A program made the translations under genes and the position numbers. 64,000 nt of DNA from Trichomonas gallinae (lineage: Eukaryota), in the NCBI GenBank assembly GCA_008369845.1, contig MRSU01011701.1, forward strand, positions 1-64,000. Direction: 5' to 3'. Shown here one piece after another: positions 1 through 11,480 of the stretch (its first letter is position 1; every line of letters begins with the position of its first letter). The notes beneath the pieces are model-generated. The model was not told the origin of the DNA and did no database searches. It saw only the letters and a program-made list of their open reading frames with translations.

Positions 1-621
1 ACAAATTTTCTTAGGTTTACATGAAAATTGAGAGAATCCCTGGTCTCACTTTTTATCCCTGGTTATTGCTCCACTGTATACAAAAAAATAACGAATAAAA
101 TTTTTAAATTGTGTTATTATGGTAGGATTTATAGAGTAAATAATATTGTATATTTTTAGAAACCGCGGTACACTATACAATTTTTCTGGCACGTAAAGTT
201 TGTAAATAATTTACATGTCAGAATATCGGATTATTTCGTTTTGATTTGTTTTTTCAGACGTTATTTTACATGCCGATAAAAAAGAACATCTTGTTTTTTG
301 CCAACATGTAGAATGTCATATTTATATCTGTAAAGTCATTATAATTTCTTCCTAATGATGCGAGTAAGGTGTTATACATGCTCGTCATCATTTGCATTTT
401 AGAGAAAATGAAATCTATTTTAAAATTACATGTCAAATTTGCAAAAATTAATGATAAGGGGAAGTGGGACAAAATTGAACAATATTTGATTCATTTTCCT
501 TATGCTTTTTTCAAGTTCATTTATACATCGTAAGTTCACCTCGTAGAGATGTAATTTTTGTGGTTTGAATGTATATATAATGAAAAATATTTAAATATTT
601 AATAACATCCTATAAATAAAT

Positions 622-3600
622 TTAAGAATTAATAAACAATAAAAGTGAATTTCCGTCGGGGAAAACCATATATTCAATTTCCCTTCCGAATATATAAGCC
701 TTCTGAAGCGTGTCTACCTCTATTTCAGAGTTAGATATCATCTTCAACACTCTCCAGTCGACAGCGACGCCGCCGACATTAGCATACTTCGTCAACGCGT
801 TCGCAGTTGGAAGAGAAGGCGACATGACGAGCAATCCATGTATTGATGTCCTATTGACCAGGCAGAATGCTCCATCAGCACCTGACACACCAACTCTCAC
901 GTCGTCGCGCTCCGAAAGCACGTGCAAAGTGAACGCAATCGCATCTTTAAAGTGCTGGTTATCGCACGAAAATGTTCCGTAAGTCGTGAACACGAAATTG
1001 AAGCTCCACTGAAAATTGTTGTAAGAGAACATTGTCCTAAACCTGTCCGCGAACTCCTTCATCTTATCTCCGAAAGCCTGGTTCTCTATCAAATCGCCTC
1101 CATCTGGGAAGTAAACATCGACAGAGCAAATAGTCTCAGCGTAAGTGCAGCCATCTTTGTGCGTAGAAACAGATGATGGGAAGAAGCTGTCATTGAGAGT
1201 TGCAAGCTGCTTGGTGATTTTCGTGAACTCAGCTTTCAAAGCATGCATAGTTGTTATATCTTTGATCACAGTGATCTGCATCGACGAGTTGACATTGGGC
1301 ATATATGATCTCGCCAATGTCGTGTCGATCTTGAAATGCTGCGTTGTTCCATTCGGCAACACTCTCTGCGTTGAAAGCTCACCAAGAGGCTGCCCGACAA
1401 CAATTGACTCTGGGAAGAAATTAGTTGCTGCCCAGTTCGCTGAAATAACTATGCCCTTAGAGTTTGTCGCAAAAACTCCTACAGGCATAACTTTTAGTGC
1501 TCTCGTTGATATTGTTTCGTGAGGGAATGGAATGCATCTCATCTGCACCCCGTCATCCCATGGTACTTCAGACGGTAGCGTGTTGATGAATCTCGTGAAC
1601 AGTCTGATAGTCTTGTATATCCTTATTATTGTTCTCATTGAGAAAGAAAAAGCAATCGCAGCAATGACAACAATCAGTAATGAAAAGGCGCAGAAGAGAA
1701 AAGCAACGCCTTCCTCCCACTTCCATGAGTTCTCCATTTCTATTGAGAACATCAGTGTCTCGTTCTCTTGTCTGTGCATTTCCTGAATTCTAAGACATGA
1801 AATCAGCAGCTCAGGATTTTTGAGGACATCGACACTGTCAGTTATCAATTCTGTCAGCGCTGAATTCATAACTAAATATTTCGCTCCATCTTTATCACGA
1901 GTGAGTCTCAGGACTTCTGGGTTTTCTATATATATCAAATAGTCTGGAGGAAGCTGGCCTGATTCGTTGAAATCTGAGGCGTAATTCGGGAACGTTATTC
2001 CTAAAATACTACCGCATTCCATCCTATAATACTCGAGCCAGTCAACGTAGTTTTCTACGCCAGTGACATTATAGCTCACACCCGTTAATGTGAAGAGCGA
2101 AGCAACTTTGAGAGAAGGCAGAAATGTGCAGGCCATGATAAATTTGTATCTGTTGTATATATGACTTGAAACTAACAAAGAAACTCCGCAGCATGAAAAC
2201 GTCAAAACTATTGTTGACGTCATTGAAATTAGGTGTATCAATAACTGACGAGTAGTGAAGTTTATTGATGAAGCTTCGGACTTCGAGCGTTTTGAATTCG
2301 TGCTGTTTGGGTTCAGTTGATACTTCATTATATAGTTGACAACTTTTTTCTTCAGCAGCAAGGGCTGAGCGAATAACAATTTCAATTTCAAGCCAAGACT
2401 GATTTGTATGGCAATGAAACAAATAAGATCCACACCTATTATGATTTCATTAACTCTGAAGATGATTTTCGTTGTGTCTTCATGAGAAACAATTAAACTG
2501 TGATAATCATCAATTAATTTGTAACCTCTCATGAATAAATACTCAGTCAGCCTTTGTATTCCTTTAGTCAATACAGTGAAATTGTTAGAAACAACAATCT
2601 GCGAGAAGTTCTCGACTTGCAGCTGCCCTAATATCTTTTTCGCTGCTGTCAGTGTCGACTTGAAGTTAACGAGAATTTCCGGCCTGTTGTTTAACCACTT
2701 CTTCTGGTTAAAAGCTCGGCTCTCGTTTATATACATCTCGTCCAATGTCTTCGATAACACTTCGTAGTCGACTGTTGAATTCGTTGTTGTGTTCGCGAAA
2801 ACGTCCCAGAAAAGTAATTCGAAGGCTGAATATACATAAGTAAACTGGTTGATTTCGTAAAAGTTTTCTTTGTCGAGGGAATGAATGAATTTGATTAATG
2901 TGGCGCCACTCCAGAAGCATATGACGAAGGGGATAATGACAGTCAATAAAGTAACAATGAATTCGCCTCTCACGAACCTTTTGCCGTAATTATCGCCTCT
3001 TTTGCTTTTTTTGACTTTTTCTCGATCGATGAAATACTCGCCCTCTTTATATGTTATGTCTCCAAACTGTGTGGCGAAGAGCTTGAACTTTCCATTAACG
3101 AATTCCGCGTCGTCGTTCAATATCCATTCGGAATTGCGATTTCCTGGCTCAATTGCGTCTACGATCACGTCTCTTATTTCGTCGCACTCGCAGCTGATTT
3201 TGCTGACGAACATGTAGTATGGAAGCTTGAAAAACTTGAACTGCTTCTCGAATTCTGAAAGATTTTGATATAATTTTTTGAATTGTTCGACTTTCTTGTA
3301 GATTTGGTAAATTATGTTCTGCGATATTGTCGCATTATCATATAGAATGTAATTCCAGTATTTGTACATCAAATCATTGACTGTTTCTATTGTTTCTAAA
3401 TATGCAAATTTTTGCAGTGATGTACAATCATCATCGTTGTATTTGCTGTATATATCTAACGTGAGAAGGAAGTATAATTCATTGAAAAACGTTCTTTTCG
3501 ATAAGCAAGAGAGTGATGAAAAAATATCTTGACGCTTAAGTAATGTGTTTGACTGTGATATTGATAGTGCAAACAAAAATAGGTGTAAATCTATAGCATC

Positions 3601-4716
3601 AGGCCATTTTTCGCGAACTGTGTCGAATAATTCAGGAGTTATTGTTAAACAATCTTGTCTGAGGCTGATATATCCTAAAAATATTGTCGATGAGATCTTT
3701 GAGTTCATTATGCCTTCGACAGAGTAATCAAATGACTTTGCGTGGCGATATGTTAAAAATTGAAAAATAATTGCAGCAATTAGTGAAACAATCATCAAAA
3801 CAAGCATAGCTATGTTGATATTGTAGAAATTAAACTTCGAATAATATGTAAGAAAAGCTGTGATTATTGAGTTGAAGAAAAAGCATAAAGCGAGGAATAA
3901 TAATACGACCCTTGTAGGTATTGATGATGTAAATGGGTGTTTCAATGTGAAAAACACTAAAAATGCTGATAAAACAATGACTGTTGGCGATAAATGTCTA
4001 AAACTTGGATATTGTTGAAAAAGCTTCAACACAAGTGATCCGCCCATGATGAAGAGGAACTGAAAGTCCTTCCAAGGCGATATTATGCATCTTTTTGTTT
4101 GAACCTTGATTTGCAAAACGTCACCGATTATTCCAATGATGAGTCCTGGGAAGCAGTAGACCATTATGAGGACTGACATGACTTTTATGCTTTGATTCGA
4201 AACAATCACTGTTGGAGTTGTCACTGCAACAGCAGCTGATGTTAAAGTGTAAATGAATATGACGATGTGGAAAAGTCCAGGAATAACGGACAAGTAACCA
4301 GTCATTATTCTGTTTAAATAACGAGATACGAAAAAGTGAATGACAAATGCGTAATATATTGTGTAAATGACGACGATTATTATTGATATGAATAAGTACG
4401 GAGATACAAATAGGTTGCTATCGATTAAAGCGTAGTCTATCGAAATTATATGATAAAAATCTTGCGCCCACGTGAGATATCCTCTTTCATTTTCGGGAAC
4501 ACCAACTGGGAAGATGTTTATGACGTATATTATCAAGAATACGTAGACTATAATCAACAGCACGACTCTAGCGAATTCGGTACTCGATGAATCATCGTTA
4601 ATTTTGCTGTAAAAAGGCAGCAGTGACTTGAACGCACGTTCAGAAGAATAAGTCAGAATGATAGACCGCTTCTTACTAGAATGGTTTTCGCGTTGCACGT
4701 CAATACTTGCGCTCAA
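622..4716 (-). CDS. Multi-pass membrane protein with PAS domain and degenerate class III nucleotide cyclase-like C-terminus (transmembrane adenylyl cyclase family); 5' end at TTG, first in-frame ATG only at 4305
   Basis: 1364-codon ORF with many hydrophobic helices; PAS-like ALKVMPVGVFATNSKGIVISANWAA...VGQPL; coiled linker; cyclase-like VRVGVS...GGVAVD with the catalytic motifs eroded. Confidence 0.7.
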   Translation of the reverse strand: MSASIDVQRENHSSKKRSIILTYSSERAFKSLLPFYSKINDDSSSTEFARVVLLIIVYVFLIIYVINIFPVGVPENERGYLTWAQDFYHIISIDYALIDSNLFVSPYLFISIIIVVIYTIYYAFVIHFFVSRYLNRIMTGYLSVIPGLFHIVIFIYTLTSAAVAVTTPTVIVSNQSIKVMSVLIMVYCFPGLIIGIIGDVLQIKVQTKRCIISPWKDFQFLFIMGGSLVLKLFQQYPSFRHLSPTVIVLSAFLVFFTLKHPFTSSIPTRVVLLFLALCFFFNSIITAFLTYYSKFNFYNINIAMLVLMIVSLIAAIIFQFLTYRHAKSFDYSVEGIMNSKISSTIFLGYISLRQDCLTITPELFDTVREKWPDAIDLHLFLFALSISQSNTLLKRQDIFSSLSCLSKRTFFNELYFLLTLDIYSKYNDDDCTSLQKFAYLETIETVNDLMYKYWNYILYDNATISQNIIYQIYKKVEQFKKLYQNLSEFEKQFKFFKLPYYMFVSKISCECDEIRDVIVDAIEPGNRNSEWILNDDAEFVNGKFKLFATQFGDITYKEGEYFIDREKVKKSKRGDNYGKRFVRGEFIVTLLTVIIPFVICFWSGATLIKFIHSLDKENFYEINQFTYVYSAFELLFWDVFANTTTNSTVDYEVLSKTLDEMYINESRAFNQKKWLNNRPEILVNFKSTLTAAKKILGQLQVENFSQIVVSNNFTVLTKGIQRLTEYLFMRGYKLIDDYHSLIVSHEDTTKIIFRVNEIIIGVDLICFIAIQISLGLKLKLLFAQPLLLKKKVVNYIMKYQLNPNSTNSKRSKSEASSINFTTRQLLIHLISMTSTIVLTFSCCGVSLLVSSHIYNRYKFIMACTFLPSLKVASLFTLTGVSYNVTGVENYVDWLEYYRMECGSILGITFPNYASDFNESGQLPPDYLIYIENPEVLRLTRDKDGAKYLVMNSALTELITDSVDVLKNPELLISCLRIQEMHRQENETLMFSIEMENSWKWEEGVAFLFCAFSLLIVVIAAIAFSFSMRTIIRIYKTIRLFTRFINTLPSEVPWDDGVQMRCIPFPHETISTRALKVMPVGVFATNSKGIVISANWAATNFFPESIVVGQPLGELSTQRVLPNGTTQHFKIDTTLARSYMPNVNSSMQITVIKDITTMHALKAEFTKITKQLATLNDSFFPSSVSTHKDGCTYAETICSVDVYFPDGGDLIENQAFGDKMKEFADRFRTMFSYNNFQWSFNFVFTTYGTFSCDNQHFKDAIAFTLHVLSERDDVRVGVSGADGAFCLVNRTSIHGLLVMSPSLPTANALTKYANVGGVAVDWRVLKMISNSEIEVDTLQKAYIFGREIEYMVFPDGNSLLLFINS

Positions 4717-5399
4717 AATTTTTTTCTTTATTTATACAAAAAAATAAAAACTTTTTAAACTCGAAGATTGTTATCTACTAAGCTCAATTTATCTAAATTT
4801 TCGCTTATTTTAAAATTTATTAAATATGACATGTAACTAAAACTTTACTTGTCATAAATTGTAATTGAATATTTTATTTGTCAGTAAATTTTGATTGTAC
4901 GTTTTTGAACTTCATTATTAAGGAAACTTATTTTTAGCTGCTATTGTATATTCTGGGTTTCTATGGATGAACGTTAAGATCATTCAACGATGCTCATTAG
5001 GAAAAGTAAATATTAATTTTTAATTTTCGATATCTTTCCATCTGACTTTTCATGAATATGGTTTGTGTTAATCTTTGGTTTTCTGACTTAATACGATAAG
5101 TTCTTTCTTATAATTCTTTATTCTATATTTCAGATAAAATATCATGTATATTATCCTATTATATATATACTATATTAAAATATTACATCTTTGTAATAAT
5201 TTCATGTATGAACCAAATATCATTGATCAAGAAATATTATTTCATTCTATATTATTGTTATAATATCACTCATAGTAGATGCCATTGTTTATAATTTGGA
5301 TACTTTTATTAATTTCAAATATAGATGATCTATATAAACAAAGTAATATATTTTCATAAAAATTATTGAGTATTTATGCCTAACTATACAATCATCCCA

Positions 5400-6040
5400 T
5401 TACATATGAAGAGCTTTTCACTAGTACTATGCCGTTTAAGTATGTAACACATAAGGATCTAGAGAACATAAGGATGTCATAAAGGTTCAACTGTTAGACT
5501 TGTGGATTAAAAGCAGCTCATGAAGGGTAGTGAAATACAATAAACGAGTTGATAAAAAATAATATTTTGATTTTATCGCAGAAACAATTCGATGTGTTCT
5601 GATAGTATAACTACATGTATTCAAAACTTTGATCTAATGAAAGAATAAATTGGGTATAAATAGTTGTCATTCTTAAGATCACGATGCGATCTGGCACGAG
5701 ATTACTTCTTTGGGAGCTATTAAACGCAAATTGTCTTATAAAATGTATGCAAAAACATTTGTGGATTATATATCCACTTGCCAAATGAGCGTGAGTTCAA
5801 ACCACAGATTTAATTATCCATGCTCAATCATGATATATGGTTATTTGGTGGTGGCATCATGAGCACCATATGAGAATATGAAACAATTTCAAAAATAGTT
5901 GTGTACAGATCAGTGATTTTCCAAACGAGCTCAAGGAAATGGTCTTTTGGTGGAACAACAGATATAATTTAACAGGGAATAACTGGAAATAATGGAATTG
6001 AGACAAAAGGAATTGGTTCTTCTATAGTGAGTCAGTCCTG
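5400..6040 (+). pseudogene. Possible decayed glycine-rich protein gene
   Basis: Stretch with higher GC than its flanks; interrupted frames give FGGG, AQGNG, FGG and GITGNNGIETKGIGSS, with stops and frameshifts. Confidence 0.2.
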
Positions 6041-7176
6041 ATTCCTGTGAAATAATAGATCTATTGTGATATAGATATGGAATCGAAAACCAATTTTCCA
6101 ATTTCCGATTATGGAGTCAAAAGATTTCTCCAGGTGTCAACTTTTGAGTTTCACAAGGAATCATGTATCAATGTATATATCTCGTTCTTGTTTTGTGAAT
6201 TGTGAATTCTCAGAAACTCACTTCGATGTTGAATGGAACTTACCATTGAAAAGAAAAATTGAAATATATTTAACAGACATATGATGTAGATTCATATTTT
6301 ACAAGAAAATCTGCTTTTAATAAATTAAAAAGATAATAATAATCTACTACATGGGTCCAATAAGGAAAATATAATTGATCTGATTTAAAAATTGAGAACT
6401 GAAATTAAAAACAACTTTTGAGGTTAAAGATACATTTTTAACAAAAAATAAAATATGATCGGGGTATATCTATATCTTATTATAAAACCAAATAAAGTTA
6501 AACTCTTTCAAATCCTGATTTTCTTCCATGTGAGATGAAGAAAAATGTTCCATTCTATAGGATTTAGGTTTATAATCGCATGTAGTTAGTGGTGGGTAAA
6601 TAAAAAACTAATCCGATACAGATATTTTACTCGAACTTGATATAAAATATTTATAAAATGAAAATATCCCACTAAGTTAATAATTCTATATATGAATTCA
6701 TCATCGAATCCGAAAAATCTTGAACCCAAAAAAAGTCAAGTCATTAAATTTAATATGCCCTTGTTATGATTATTAGTGCAGATTTATCTGTTTCTTAATT
6801 AATAAATGATCGAGAGTGAACGATCTTATATTTTCAATTTTGAATGTCATACAAAATTTTATTCTTTTATATTCCAACAAGAAATTAGATTAACATAAAT
6901 AAATATTTTCGATTTTTTTGATCGAAAAAAAATCAATTTGAAAACTTTATCGGTCGGACACTAAATCATTCCAAAATATTTTGGATCTAAGATTGTTTAT
7001 TTGGTGAATTAAATGTTTTTTTTTATTGAATGAATACATTCAAAATTCAATGAGTAGTGTACGACCATTTAAATTATATATTCTTTTTAATCCATGGATC
7101 TATATTTGAAAATATTTATTGATTCTGATGAACGGTTTTTCGTGTTGAAATTTCGCATTGTAAAAAAATCATAATA

Positions 7177-7767
7177 ATGTCTGATAGCCTTGTTTTGTTC
7201 CTTTGTCAACCGAAGAGATCAATCAAGAAGGTGTTAGTATCAAACGATGCGTACGTTGATGAGCTCAACACACTATTCCCGCACGAAAACAAATGCTTTA
7301 TCTATAAGGGTATCACCCTGTTACACTCGATCAAACTTAGGTCGTATGGCATAAAGAACATGGACCATATCGTTGTTATACCAGAATCGGTGATGAACTC
7401 AATGAATGACAAATCTCTCTGGATGAATGTCACAAAAGATCAACAAGATTTCAACGAAAGGATGTGTTTATCAACAAATCCAATCACAAGAACAGAAATT
7501 GCACGCTTAAAAGACCTTAAGCTTTCAAAATTAGAATTAAGAAGAAAGCCTTATACCAAACTCGTAACACGATGTCAAAATGATTTGGAATCACATGTTC
7601 ATCCAAGTGTAGAGATGGTTATCCCTGCAAAACAATCAGCAATCGACTCTCCTAGCAGCGATCCTTTGCCAATTTTCTGGAACAAGAAATCTCGCCCAGC
7701 ATTCAAGCTCCCACGCCAGTCATCCGAACCTGAAATAGAAATAGAGAAGCCTTTTGCTCTCCCTTAA
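7177..7767 (+). CDS. Hypothetical protein with N-terminal ubiquitin-like domain
   Basis: FIYKGITLLHSIKLRSYGIKNMDHIVVI resembles the ubiquitin-fold LIFxGKxL...LxxYGI pattern; Inr-like TCATA just before the ATG; AACGGTT (M3/Myb-like) at about 7131. Confidence 0.65.
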   Translation: MSDSLVLFLCQPKRSIKKVLVSNDAYVDELNTLFPHENKCFIYKGITLLHSIKLRSYGIKNMDHIVVIPESVMNSMNDKSLWMNVTKDQQDFNERMCLSTNPITRTEIARLKDLKLSKLELRRKPYTKLVTRCQNDLESHVHPSVEMVIPAKQSAIDSPSSDPLPIFWNKKSRPAFKLPRQSSEPEIEIEKPFALP

Positions 7768-8249
7768 GTATATAGTTTGTTTAGTATTTATTTGTTATTA
7801 AAATACCATGTTTGTTTTTCAATCTTTTTTTAATGATTGATTAGTGATTAATTAAGATGCAATACGCCAATTAATGCCAATCATAATTTTATTGATCTCC
7901 AATAATTCAAAAATAATCTCAAATTTAGCTGTAAATATGGATTGTGATACTGATTCTTTGGGAGAAAATCGATTTTGAAGCTTCAAAAATTAACTCAAAT
8001 TTTACACCATGAAACATGAGAACTGATATCAGAATCTTGATATAAATAAGAAAATCCAAGCAAACATCCATCGATACGAAAACGCAAAAATAATCCATCA
8101 AAATTTAAAGACGAATATGTTCCTTTCCCTAATATCTATATTCTGAGGGAATAATTAATCATTTTAGCAGATCACATTTAGTTAATAATGCATTATTTCA
8201 TGTTAAATCTTCAATTTTAAATATAAATTCTAAAAATTTCTAAAATATC

Positions 8250-8900
8250 ATGACAATTGTTTACAATCCTTGCATAGGTAAAACATCAAAACTAAAAAGC
8301 GATAAAATCAAATATTTGTTTGGATGATGTCATTAGTGGTATAGATGCCATTTCTGCAGTCTCTACCGAAAACACCCCTTTTTACTTTTATCAGCCCCCT
8401 AATTTCAAATTCCATAACTGAACAAAGGCCGAATCGATCTGTTGTGTTCAAGGCTTTGATTTTGAGCGAGTTTCCTTACAGATAACATGGAAATAATCGA
8501 ACAGATGGCAGTACTGTTTCGTTTAATGCCGTTATTTGTTACATCGGCGCACAAAGTAATTATTTAAGAGCTATTACTTCTTAGTAAGATGCTAATCAAG
8601 GGATTGAACCTATTGAAGTTGATTAGGCTCTTCGAAATTTGAAAAAATGTTTTCCATTGCATTCTGCTCATGTTTTACACGAAACATATCGAGTCTATCA
8701 AATAGTATCTCATACCCTCAGCTTATAATGTCGAAATTCGAGACTATAATCAAAAAAATTTTTCAAGCTCGAAATTTAGCTTATTCGATACATTTCGGAA
8801 TTTCCTCATGGTAAAGCAGCCAAATCTACTTTGAATTCCTCAATTATAAATTTAATCAAAGAAAACTCATCTACTTAACTCGCTTTTCCTATTATCCTCA
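8250..8900 (+). pseudogene. Possible decayed protein-coding relic, family unknown
   Basis: Protein-like frames broken by stops and frameshifts: LDDVISGIDAISAVSTENTPFYFY, FNAVICYIGAQSNYLRAI, GIEPIEVD*ALRNLKKCFPLH, LIRYISEFPHGKAAK. Confidence 0.25.
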
Positions 8901-9170
8901 TTAAATTTCCAATACATCTGTATTTAAATCTGAACAAATGAAATCACAAGAAATTTAATTTACCAATCAGACTACTTCTCTACTATCGAATCAAAAGAAA
9001 TAGAGAGGAAATCAACGATTGATGAATATTTCTTTATACGGAATCAACTTCATATTTTTTTCAATAAAATATTTTTCTTAATTTAAACGAAAACAGTCAT
9101 GAGTTGACAGACAGAATAAATATATTTATTAATATGATACAAAACAAATTAACCGCGTTAAATAATACAA

Positions 9171-9881
9171 TTAATAATATTCTTCTCTATTATAAGCTAC
9201 CAAGTTGTACTTAGGGGTTTCATTAATAATTAGATATATCTTAACTATTTGAAGAAGTATGCCTATGATTTCAAATATCGATGAAAACGAAATAAAAATT
9301 TTCAGTTTGTTTTTTGGTGCTAATTGTCGCAAACATACATGGAGAACGAGTGATACTAATATACACCATGTACATAAATGCGAGTATATTTTGGGTTTTC
9401 TTCTTAATTTAAAACAGAGATAATCATTAAGGACGAAATAGAAAAATATACTGATGAAATATATTCCTGCAGATGCATTATGGGTATTTCTGTATTGACT
9501 TACTGGGCAAATCGAAAATATAATCATATTGAGATCCGCAAGTAACATGAAGAACAGCATTAACCACTTCAAGAAGTTAATTGATGATTTTTCTCCGTTC
9601 AATGTTTTATATTGATAATATGTGATGATGTGGAATCTGACAATTCCAAAAATCACAAATAACGTTGAAGTAAAAGTCATACCCATACCAAATATACGAC
9701 GTTCAGGCAAGAGTACATTCATTTCTGATATTGTTGGTATATAATTATACATTTTGTGATGTTTGAATGAATAAAACAAGATAGTATCAAGGACTATAAC
9801 AAAAAGTGGGATAGTGGCTATCGTGTAATTGAAAATTTTGAAGTTCAAGAATGCCGCATCATTGTAATCTTGAACTTTCAT
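9171..9881 (-). CDS. Frag1/DRAM/Sfk1 family membrane protein
   Basis: About 6 TM helices; YIPTISE..LPERRIF and HNASAGIYF motifs; FE motif in the last helix. Confidence 0.75.
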   Translation of the reverse strand: MKVQDYNDAAFLNFKIFNYTIATIPLFVIVLDTILFYSFKHHKMYNYIPTISEMNVLLPERRIFGMGMTFTSTLFVIFGIVRFHIITYYQYKTLNGEKSSINFLKWLMLFFMLLADLNMIIFSICPVSQYRNTHNASAGIYFISIFFYFVLNDYLCFKLRRKPKIYSHLCTWCILVSLVLHVCLRQLAPKNKLKIFISFSSIFEIIGILLQIVKIYLIINETPKYNLVAYNREEYY

Positions 9882-9889
9882 GAAATATT

Positions 9890-9897
9890 GTCACTTT
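9890..9897 (-). promoter_or_regulatory. AAAGTGAC (M2-like trichomonad 5' element)
   Basis: Lies 8 nt before the ATG at 9881; the same 8-mer lies 9 nt before the ATG at 28181. Confidence 0.55.
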
Positions 9898-10436
9898 TAT
9901 GTAAAATAAAATTTAATCTCAAAAACACGATTTTATAACACATTATCATATAAAATAACAAAATATTTGATTTTTAAAGATTTTTTTGTTTAAAATCTAG
10001 AAATTCCACAACTTTTTGGATTTTTACTATAACATTTCGCATTATTAGATATTAACAATTCTCATTTCATTATAAAAATCCAAAATACTGATAAATTTCA
10101 TTAATTCCCAGTGATTTTCGACATATAGTTGATATATTATGATTTTATTACGAATAAGGAAAATGTTAGTCCAACAGAAATGACAAAACTGCCAATTTAA
10201 TTTGGAATTGTGAAATAATCAAATTAATGCGATTTCTCTTGGATAGATCAATTAGACTAGAGTACTGTATCATGATCCATTGCTTTTTCTTCTCATCCAA
10301 TTTAGATCGTTTTTCAAATTACTGTTTTTATGGAGCAAAACAATCTTTGGAAAGCTACATAATAATACAGTAAGATTTTTCTGATTAAAATCATAAATAA
10401 CAAACATTTTTATTAAGTTTTGTAAATTAGATAATA

Positions 10437-11480
10437 TCATTTCAAGATTCCTGGAAGAGTTCTTTCATACATTGATGGTAGATCGCTATCAAACATTGAG
10501 TTACAGCGTTTTGCGAGTCTTCTTGCTTGTAATATTTGACATCTCGGTCTTGTTTGAACCGTAGATACGGAACCTTGGAATTTTGAAAGAGTTTGATGAT
10601 TTTCTTTTGTCAATACTTGGCTCATATTCGCATTTATAGACGTAGAATGAGTAACAGTCTTTGGTTGTGGTTTTAATACCGAATCCGGCCCGGACGTGAA
10701 GTATTCATCTCTTGCTACTTCTGCCATTGAAGGGCGATTATTCGGATTAATATCTATCATTTTACGGATTAAATAAATTAATTTTGGATTAACGCGCGAT
10801 GGAAAAGAAACTTGTTCTATGTCATCTTTCGTAACTACGTCGGCTGACCACGGATATGTGCCAGTAGCGGTGAAATAAAAAGTAACTCCGAGTGCGAAAA
10901 CATCTGCAGCGAATGGCGAATAGGGTGTATCTGAGAAAATCTCTGGTGCAGCAAATATCGTTGAGCCACATTTATCTGATACAAAATCTTTCGCTGAGAC
11001 AATTGAAGAAAGTCCAAAGTCACCGATCTTTGGTCTTCCATAGGCATCGAGGAAGATGTTGGATGGCTTGATATCACGGTGGGCGATGAATCTAGAGTGA
11101 CAGTATGATAATGATTTGACTAAGTGGGATAAAATTTCGAAAATTCGTTTTTCTGGTAAAGGGAAAGATTCAACGAGCTCCTGGAGAGTTCCTGAAGGAC
11201 AATTTTCTAATATTAAAACCAGACAGTTTTCCATATAAAAATAATTATAAATTCTAATAATGCAGGGATCATCGAGCGAGATTAATGCGCGTAGTTCAGT
11301 GTCGACAATTTTCTCTTTTGATACAATCTGTGAAGGATCAACAGGTGTAACTTTTGCAGCGAATGTTTTATTGTACTGAAGACTTTCGACTTCGAAAACG
11401 ATCGAGTAAGAACCCCTTCCTATCAACCTCCTGAACATGTATTGGTTATACACAAAAGGCTGGAACGTTCGAAAATCCAT
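10437..11480 (-). CDS. CAMK-group Ser/Thr protein kinase
   Basis: GRGSYS, AAK, HRDIKPSN, DFG, CGSTIFAAPE and DVFALG motifs all present. Confidence 0.92.
   Translation of the reverse strand: MDFRTFQPFVYNQYMFRRLIGRGSYSIVFEVESLQYNKTFAAKVTPVDPSQIVSKEKIVDTELRALISLDDPCIIRIYNYFYMENCLVLILENCPSGTLQELVESFPLPEKRIFEILSHLVKSLSYCHSRFIAHRDIKPSNIFLDAYGRPKIGDFGLSSIVSAKDFVSDKCGSTIFAAPEIFSDTPYSPFAADVFALGVTFYFTATGTYPWSADVVTKDDIEQVSFPSRVNPKLIYLIRKMIDINPNNRPSMAEVARDEYFTSGPDSVLKPQPKTVTHSTSINANMSQVLTKENHQTLSKFQGSVSTVQTRPRCQILQARRLAKRCNSMFDSDLPSMYERTLPGILK

Noticed and set aside
266..472. Short AT-rich ORFs (also 25999-26315, 35681-35872, 40418-41144, 42251-42439, 44521-44715)
   Set aside because: Composition matches non-coding spacers; no recognisable motifs
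5761..5803. Hairpin plus GAGCGTGA (U3 box B-like) and GTTCAAACC (B-box-like)
   Set aside because: No U3 box A, C or D, and no A box or cloverleaf around it
8592..8626. CTAATCAA/TTGATTAG hairpin enclosing GGTTCAATCCC on the minus strand
   Set aside because: No tRNA cloverleaf; lies within a coding-like relic
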